From Eledone cirrhosa (lineage: Eukaryota): a DNA stretch of 64,000 bases. A model generated the notes under the pieces. It was given only the letters and a program-made list of their open reading frames with translations. It had not been told where the DNA came from and did no database searches. The position numbers and the translations under genes were made by a program. Shown here piece after piece: positions 54,214 to 64,000 of the stretch; within the stretch, counting starts at the first letter, position 1, and each line of letters opens with the position of its first letter. The stretch lies in the NCBI GenBank assembly GCA_964016885.1, contig OZ024752.1, forward strand, positions 24,304,001-24,368,000. The letters are read 5' to 3'.

Positions 54214-56676
54214 TTAATTAGGTTTATAATATTTAAATGTTTTTTTTAGTTTATGATTACACGATATAATTAATTCCTGTCGTTTATTTAATAGGATATC
54301 CTTAGATTTCATTATTTCAAATAGTTCTTGGGAACATAATCTACATTCATTTCTATTATTTTGATAAGGGGTGGCTCTTTTGAGCACACTCCAGGTCAAA
54401 TCATATTCTATATTCTTATTTTTATAACTATTGATTTTTTCTGCTAGAGATGTTGTATTAGCCAGTGCGGCATTTTTAAAACTATGCTTGTGGGTATTAA
54501 ACCTTGTCTTAAAATTGTTAGAGGTAGCTCCTATATATGAGCAAATAGAATCTTTAGTTTTAACATTACATTTATAGACTATGTTGTTAACAAGACAATT
54601 CCCTTTTAATGGGCAGTTTGCTTTGTTTCTACAGTTACAACCTTTCGTTAATTCTGTATTTGAGGAGATATTATGGTTAATTTGATGTACTGGTGGTATA
54701 CTTATGGTTTTCTTACATTTATATGCATTATAGGCACTTATATTTTGTTTTATGTTATTTGTTGTTGAGTATGAGAATTTAACTGTAGACCTATTTAAGA
54801 TTTGATGGTATTTGTGGTTTGGCGGGAAGTTTTTCTCTAGGATATAAAAAAATTTTTTAGCAATATTATCCTTAATTTGTAAATTAAATGGAGCATTATA
54901 CCAAGTAACCCGTCTATTACGGTTTCTATGTTGTTTATTATTTTTATTATTTTTATAGGTTGTATCGTGATGTTTACTAGGAGGATTAATGTTAATGATC
55001 TCACCACAACCATTTTTAGTTATATTTGTAGATTTAGGTGTTTTATCTTTTTTATTAGGAGTTTTATTATTAATATTTATTAGAGTTGTATGATGAGTAG
55101 TTTTTTGAGAGTTACTATATTTTATATTAGAAGATTTGGTATTTTGGGGTATAGTGTGGGTGGCATTTAGGTGTGTACTTTTCATTTGGTGTTTGTTGGT
55201 AATATTAGGTTGTATGCTTTTAGTATTTTTAGTAGAAGGTATATATTCTAATCTATTTTTGTGGCCACTTCTATCTAGAGCTTCGTTATAGAAGGTCGCA
55301 TTTTTATCAAATACATCTTGGTTAGAAGAAAGGTTAGAAATTCTAAGTGATATATTATATGCAAGGTTTTTAAGGATAGATTTAGGGTGATTAGATTGTG
55401 AGTGTATGTAATGTAAGTTTTGGTTTGGTTTATGGTAAGGTTGGTAGATACCCGTAGCTAAATCTAAAGTTATATCTAGGAAATTTACTACTTTACTTGT
55501 TTTTTCAAAAGTAATATGAAGATTATAATAGTCTTTAAGGAAAGTTCTAATATGTTTTTTGTTTTTTTCAATTTCTGAAAGGCAAAGGTTGTTAGAAAGA
55601 AGAAGACAGTCATCACGATATAAACCACCTTTGAGGTGGGGAAAGGAGGCATTTATGTTGAAAAGGAGAAAGAGGTCCACAAGATCAGTAATTTGGGCGG
55701 AATCGCTTGAACCCATAGTAATATCAAATAGATTACTATATGTGTTTCTGGTCCAGTATTCATTCTGAAATTCAATAAGTGTTAGTCTAGCATGTGTAAT
55801 AATATTAATGTCATCCAAAGTTAAGTTAGATCTATTTTTAGCAAATATCAATGCTTTGTTCAGGAGTATAGGTGATATAGAAGAATAGTAATTATCTATA
55901 TCAAATTGTAGAAATGAAGCAGAAGATTTACATCTAATATTTTTAAACCAGTTAATTACCTGGGAGGTGCTTTCCCAGAGTGGTAAAATAACGTGTTTTC
56001 TTATTTGTGGGATGACTCTATCCAAAATTTTTTCGCTAATTATTCCAATATCTGATTTGGAGGGACATATAAGTCTAATAGAAGGATTTGAGTTAAAGTT
56101 TGATTTATGATCCTTCAGGTTGAAGTGTGGTCTTTTCAATGCCAAAGGTTCAGTTCTATCTTCAATGTTTAGTTTTTTTACTATGTTGTGTGTTTTGTTG
56201 TTGATGTTGGTGAGTGACGCATTATTAGATTTTTTATAATTTTTTCTGAGTTCTTTATATATGAACTCATTATAATGTTCAATATCCATATGATACAAGT
56301 TACCAGTTTTGTCCGAGTGGACATGGATTTTTTTAGACTTTTTTAGGTCCAATAGGGTAGAATCAAGGTCCTTTTGAAAGACGGATTTATACTTTTTAAA
56401 TTTGAGGTGTTTAATTAAATTAAAAAGGTCTTTCTCGAAGTCTTCAAGTAAAAAGTTGTGTGGTGGATTCTTGTAAGTATTGAAATCATACATATATTTC
56501 CGATCTGCTTGTTTAGATTTTTTATCGAAGTGGTAGGCTCTCCATCTAACCCTTCTGATAAAATTATTAGTTTTTTGAATCATAAGGAGTAAGAAGTCAT
56601 CCTTAGAAGGTATTGGTATGTTTTTTAAAGAGGTTCCCAAATATTGTTTTTCCATTGTGATATGGATGATGGACAA
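54214..56676 (-). CDS. Intact Penelope-like (probably Naiad-type) RT + GIY-YIG endonuclease, 820 aa (likely start Met 56655)
   Basis: [103 protein letters not shown]; no stops. Confidence 0.95.
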   Translation of the reverse strand: MSIIHITMEKQYLGTSLKNIPIPSKDDFLLLMIQKTNNFIRRVRWRAYHFDKKSKQADRKYMYDFNTYKNPPHNFLLEDFEKDLFNLIKHLKFKKYKSVFQKDLDSTLLDLKKSKKIHVHSDKTGNLYHMDIEHYNEFIYKELRKNYKKSNNASLTNINNKTHNIVKKLNIEDRTEPLALKRPHFNLKDHKSNFNSNPSIRLICPSKSDIGIISEKILDRVIPQIRKHVILPLWESTSQVINWFKNIRCKSSASFLQFDIDNYYSSISPILLNKALIFAKNRSNLTLDDINIITHARLTLIEFQNEYWTRNTYSNLFDITMGSSDSAQITDLVDLFLLFNINASFPHLKGGLYRDDCLLLSNNLCLSEIEKNKKHIRTFLKDYYNLHITFEKTSKVVNFLDITLDLATGIYQPYHKPNQNLHYIHSQSNHPKSILKNLAYNISLRISNLSSNQDVFDKNATFYNEALDRSGHKNRLEYIPSTKNTKSIQPNITNKHQMKSTHLNATHTIPQNTKSSNIKYSNSQKTTHHTTLININNKTPNKKDKTPKSTNITKNGCGEIININPPSKHHDTTYKNNKNNKQHRNRNRRVTWYNAPFNLQIKDNIAKKFFYILEKNFPPNHKYHQILNRSTVKFSYSTTNNIKQNISAYNAYKCKKTISIPPVHQINHNISSNTELTKGCNCRNKANCPLKGNCLVNNIVYKCNVKTKDSICSYIGATSNNFKTRFNTHKHSFKNAALANTTSLAEKINSYKNKNIEYDLTWSVLKRATPYQNNRNECRLCSQELFEIMKSKDILLNKRQELIISCNHKLKKTFKYYKPN

Positions 56677-57005
56677 TTGAAAGAGCTCAACTAAATGTAT
56701 ATGGGTTTATAAAATCATACATATATATGTATATACATAAATATAAAATTAATACACACATACAGTACAAAAATACGAATATTTCCGTGAAAATAGGAGC
56801 AAAATAATGTAGATAAATCTACCAAGAGTTTACGGTAGTGTCCAATCCGTATGAAGAACTCAATGTATTCCGGATATCATGGAAAGAAGAGATGTAATGA
56901 AAAATCACTTTCGGTGAAAGATAAACGGTATACAGAGTCAAGATAAAATATTAAACAAATAATGAATAAAACAATGAAACAGTTCCTTATATTAAACAAA
57001 AAAAG

Positions 57006-57160
57006 TTCATTATTTAACGATCGTTTCTAGGATATATATGTGTTAGAATTGGCATGCATATTCAACAGATCTATGTACAAAATTATACAAAATTATACAA
57101 ACTATCAAGATTAAATATACATACCAAACACACATATACGCCGTCTTCAGAAATAATGAA
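57006..57160 (-). ncRNA. Hammerhead ribozyme, family D 5' pLTR
   Basis: Same motif, ~350 nt upstream of the ORF start. Confidence 0.72.
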
Positions 57161-57792
57161 ATATATTTATTGATAATAACAACAATTCAAAATTTCAGGT
57201 CCGTTTGGGAACAAAATTGACCAATGAAAATACAAAAGGTTTTATGCAGTTTGGTGTGTGTATATACATGTAACTACCCCGTACACATATTTATACAAAG
57301 ATGTATGCTCAACATGCATACGCATGCCAAAAAGATGCATGCAAATACAACATTTCAAGGTTAATGTCTCTGTAAGTTTATAATGCACAGATAAGATGCG
57401 TATAGACACATAAATATGAAATAAGTGTATACACATATTCTCATACTCACACATATCCGTACACTCACACACACGCGCGCGTATATGCATAAACATACAC
57501 ATAATTACGAACATACATACACACACACACCCCCACACACATATATATATGTGGATATAATATTATCATAAGCACATGGATATTAATTCACTCACATAAA
57601 CACTGCCACACACATTTAGATCAAGATACAGAAATTAGGTGGGAGGGGGGGGGGGGGAGAGGTCAGTATTCAACGGTTTGGGCAGACTGCTTATTTATAG
57701 ATGTATCTATAAACTAAGAAATAAAAAATAAAAATTAAAAAGGAAAGAAAAGAAAAAGAAAAAAGAAAAAAGAAATATATCAAGAAAATATA

Positions 57793-57858
<66 letters not shown>

Positions 57859-57946
57859 CACACATCTACACTTAGAACACACATACACACACATATATAA
57901 ACATATACATATACACACATACACACATATACACACATACATATAA

Positions 57947-57979
<33 letters not shown>

Positions 57980-58494
57980 TACACATATAATCACACATAC
58001 ATATATAGACACACATATATATACACATACACGCTCATATACATACACATACATACTTATATACATACAGATATACACATACATACCTATATATACACAC
58101 AAATACATACAGACATACATACATACATACACACAAATACTTACGCATCCATATATCGGTATATACATACAAACACCACTACACTCTCACACAACTCAGA
58201 CATACAAAGAAAAAGGTATATAGCTATACACATATACACATACAAATAGAGATACATATACATATATATATATATATACACATTTATATATATATATATA
58301 CATACACATATACACACATATATATACATACACATACATACATGTACACACACATAGATATACATACATACACACATACACACATACATATATAGTCATA
58401 CACACACATACACCTACACGAACATACACATACACATATATAAAGATAAATATACACACACACACATACACACACACACATATATATAAAATAA

Positions 58495-58551
<57 letters not shown>

Positions 58552-59166
58552 CACATATACATAGACATATATGTACATACATACACATACATACATACAT
58601 ATACACACATACATATATATATATACACACATAGACACATACATACATACACACACAACATACATACACACACATATATACTCATACATAGACATAGATA
58701 TATATTCATACATACATACGCACTTACATATACTCATATATACAAATACATACGCATCCATATATGCGTATATACATACAAACACCATTAAACTCTCACA
58801 CAACTCAGACATACAAAGAAAAAGGTATATACATATACATATATACACACATTAATAGAGATACATATACACATATATATATATATATACACATACATTT
58901 ATATATATACACCCACACACACATACAACCATAAACACACATACAAACACACACATACACACATATATACATACATATATATACACACACACAAAAAACA
59001 CACATACACATATATATTTTTTTACACATATATATACATATATATACATATACACACCCTCACATATACACACATACACATAAGTTATATTATAATAATA
59101 AATAATATATATATATATATATATATACACATACGAATATAGACATATATACACACATAGATATAC

Positions 59167-59200
<34 letters not shown>

Positions 59201-59368
59201 TCACATATATATGTGCGCACACGTACATATATACACATACACACATATACACATAAACATATACATGTGCATACATGTACATACACACATATACCCACAT
59301 AGATACGAAGATAGACATATATATAGAGAGACATACATATATATACACATATATATATATACATACAT

Positions 59369-59415
<47 letters not shown>

Positions 59416-60210
59416 TACACGCCCACACACATATACACATATACACATATATATATATATACATATACACATATATATACACATGCATATATACACATAT
59501 ATATATATATACACACATATATATACACACAATCTTACATTCTTATTTGCATGCGCATATATGTATTTTTATATTCAGATATAAATACCCAAACATATAT
59601 ACACCTACCTACATATATATTCATACATACACGCTTACAAACACAGATGATAATAGTATGGGGGAAAGGGGGGGAAAGGGGAAGGGGATTATAGTAAATA
59701 TATGTTTCAAGAAACATAGAATATTATCTGTATCTGGATCCCAATATATGTTTTTACATAGATTCAGTGTTAGGAAATACAAGAAATAAGGCAAAATTAT
59801 GCATTTCAAAATAAGTATGCCATTAATTATATGTTAACTAAACTAAAGATAGTTAACATATTGATTTCTAAGGTGTAAATTAGTTAGGTTTATAATATTT
59901 GAAGCAGAATTTTGAAGTTAAATAGTAGTAGAGTATTAATTATAGTATAACTAAATTAAAGTTATTAACGTTATGGTATCAATATTAGGAAATGGATTTA
60001 GTAATAGGGAAAAAACAAATAAAGTATTACATCGGTAGTAGAATATAAATTATAGGTTAACTAAATTAAAAATTATATATTAATTTTTATAGTATATGTT
60101 AATTAGGTATATAATAAATAAAACAGATATTGTATTTTATCAATAGCAGAATATAATTATATGCAAATAGAAATCAAAATTAATACATATACATATACAT
60201 ATACATACAC

Positions 60211-60261
<51 letters not shown>

Positions 60262-60543
60262 TACATACACATACATATACATACATACATATACATATTT
60301 TTTCAAAAATTGCAAAGAATATATTAACTAGGTATACATCCAAAACACATCCCATTCTATGATTACATGACACTCTGCAATCCGTCTGTATAAGGATACT
60401 AATTTTAAGCCAATTAAATTAAATTTTTAGGTTGACTAAATTTAAAACCAAATTATAAATATATTTCTAAAATGTATATTAATTAGGTCTATAATACTAA
60501 AAAATATTTCTCTGTCATTGGATACACGATATTATATATATAC

Positions 60544-60594
<51 letters not shown>

Positions 60595-60609
60595 CATAGA
60601 TATATATAC

Positions 60610-60642
<33 letters not shown>

Positions 60643-60653
60643 CATATATCTAC

Positions 60654-60772
<119 letters not shown>

Positions 60773-60773
60773 C

Positions 60774-60894
<121 letters not shown>

Positions 60895-60911
60895 CGTATA
60901 TATATACATAC

Positions 60912-61008
<97 letters not shown>

Positions 61009-61020
61009 CATATATATATA

Positions 61021-61710
61021 TTGGAATAAATGCTCTGAAATAGCGATATATATGTGAATATAGACATAGAATATTCGAAAATATTCTGTATGTTTATAAT
61101 AAACATTTTGAAGACCTAATCGCTATAGAATAGAATACGTCACGTATTACAATTAGATTCTCGATAAAAGCAAGGGAAGTAATCTACGCGTTTCATTCTC
61201 GTTAGAAATCATCAGGACTACATATCCAGTGCTTTTATCGAGAATGACACAGCTAGAGACTTATAGAATACTTAGCTGTGTACAGGAACTGGTTTGAAAG
61301 AGCGGTTGCCGGTCCGGCAGAAATTAGAAATTGGAATAAATGCTCTGAAATAGCGATATATATGTGAATATAGACATAGAATATTCGAAAATATTCTGTA
61401 TGTTTATAATAAACATTTTGAAGACCTAATCGCTATAGAATAGAATACGTCACGTATTACAATTAGATTCTCGATAAAAGCAAGGGAAGTAATCTACGCG
61501 TTTCATTCTCGTTAGAAATCATCGATAAAAGCACTGGATATGTAGTCCTGATGATTTCTAACGAGAATGAAACGCGTAGATTACTTCCCTTGCTTTTATC
61601 GAGAATCTAATTGTAATACGTGACGTATTCTATTCTATAGCGATTAGGTCTTCAAAATGTTTATTATAAACATACAGAATATTTTCGAATATTCTATGTC
61701 TATATTCATA
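61021..61710. mobile_element. Retrozyme-like repeat, 310-bp period (1.6 units, minus) with inverted arm 61522-61710
   Basis: 61021-61213 repeated at 61331-61523; then inversion; HHR 61179-61221(-), truncated 61489-61523(-), 61542-61584(+). Confidence 0.85.
61542..61584 (+). ncRNA. Minimal type I hammerhead ribozyme (310-bp unit)
   Basis: guaguc CUGAUGA u-uucu-aacg-agaa-u GAAA cgcg UA gauuac. Confidence 0.83.
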
Positions 61711-61789
61711 TATATATATATATACATAAATATAGAAAAATATATATAAATATATATACATATATATATATACATATATATATATATAC

Positions 61790-61836
<47 letters not shown>

Positions 61837-61891
61837 TATATACATACATATATATATATATATACATATATAAATATATTTATATATATAT

Positions 61892-62686
<795 letters not shown>

Positions 62687-62692
62687 TATACA

Positions 62693-62802
<110 letters not shown>

Positions 62803-62807
62803 CACAC

Positions 62808-62867
<60 letters not shown>

Positions 62868-62906
62868 ATACATATACATATATATATATATATTTATATA
62901 CATATG

Positions 62907-62984
<78 letters not shown>

Positions 62985-63192
62985 GTGGTAAACGGAAAAG
63001 AAAATGCTGACAAATTGTTCACAGGAAAAATAGTTTAATTAGGAAAAACTGAAAATTAGTAATAGTATTGGTTAGTATTCAGTTTTGCTTTTAAGTTTTA
63101 CCGGTTGCGCATTTCTAATGCTTTTCAAAAATAATTTTGATATAGAGCGTCGTGATGTTTGCTCTAATATATATATATATACATATATATAT

Positions 63193-63440
<248 letters not shown>

Positions 63441-63572
63441 TAAAATAACAGATTAAAGTTTAAGCAATAAATATTTGCTCTACTGTTCTTATATATTTGA
63501 TATATATTTATCCTTATCGAGCCCTCTTTGGATTTTAGTCTTCAAATTTATTATTATTACTAAATATACATA

Positions 63573-63614
<42 letters not shown>

Positions 63615-63626
63615 CATATATATATT

Positions 63627-63769
<143 letters not shown>

Positions 63770-64000
63770 GGGGTAACAAATAATAGTTAAATGCAGTCCA
63801 CCTAGGTAAAGTCCAGTTATGGTATTCCAGGTAGTAGATGATATTAACGCTTGGCTTGGTTTGACTCAACAAGGCGTTTTCATAGTGATGCTGCGGGTAT
63901 GCCGTAATTCCTATGTTGTAAACACTTGGAGTAATATTAAATCAGGAAAGAAGGTTGACATGGTTTGCTATACAAAAAAGGTTTAATCACATAGCTTACA

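Larger units (their letters stand above)
50403..60533 (-). mobile_element. Full-length PLE family D copy D2 with ~3.6-kb microsatellite-rich direct pseudo-LTRs
   Basis: 50403-53993 repeated almost exactly at 56943-60533 (offset ~6540) around an intact ORF; TA-flanked. Confidence 0.93.

Noticed and set aside
54214-56676. Selenocysteine (in-frame UGA) recoding as described for some Naiad PLEs
   Set aside because: The ORF has no internal UGA; breaks in families A-C look like frameshifts rather than UGA at Cys positions
63865-64000. Possible 3' half of another HHR on minus strand (GAAA cgccuug UU)
   Set aside because: No matching CUGANGA or stems within the window; the element runs off the end

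Overview
Eukaryotic, gene-free, repeat-saturated DNA with extreme (TA)n/(CA)n microsatellite content. The RTE 3' tail and composition resemble cephalopod (octopus-like) genomes, but that is inference. The window holds a 3' RTE/RTEX-type LINE fragment, four families of Penelope-like retroelements (RT + C-terminal GIY-YIG, probably Naiad-type; one intact 820-aa ORF at 54214-56676) with pseudo-LTRs and inverted arms, several non-autonomous repeats, and a 10-kb tandem array of ~660-bp units. Main result of manual reading: about 38 type I hammerhead ribozyme (HHR) motifs in 10 unrelated sequence families. They occur in all four PLE families, in five non-coding retrozyme-like repeats (310, 420, 485 and ~1000-bp units and a palindrome), and in every complete monomer of the 660-bp satellite. 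One family has a compensatory U3-A8 core, several have very large stem II insertions, and most have palindromic stem III (dimer-type). Ribozyme activity is predicted from structure only. The many IY/VC-rich ORFs are microsatellite artefacts.
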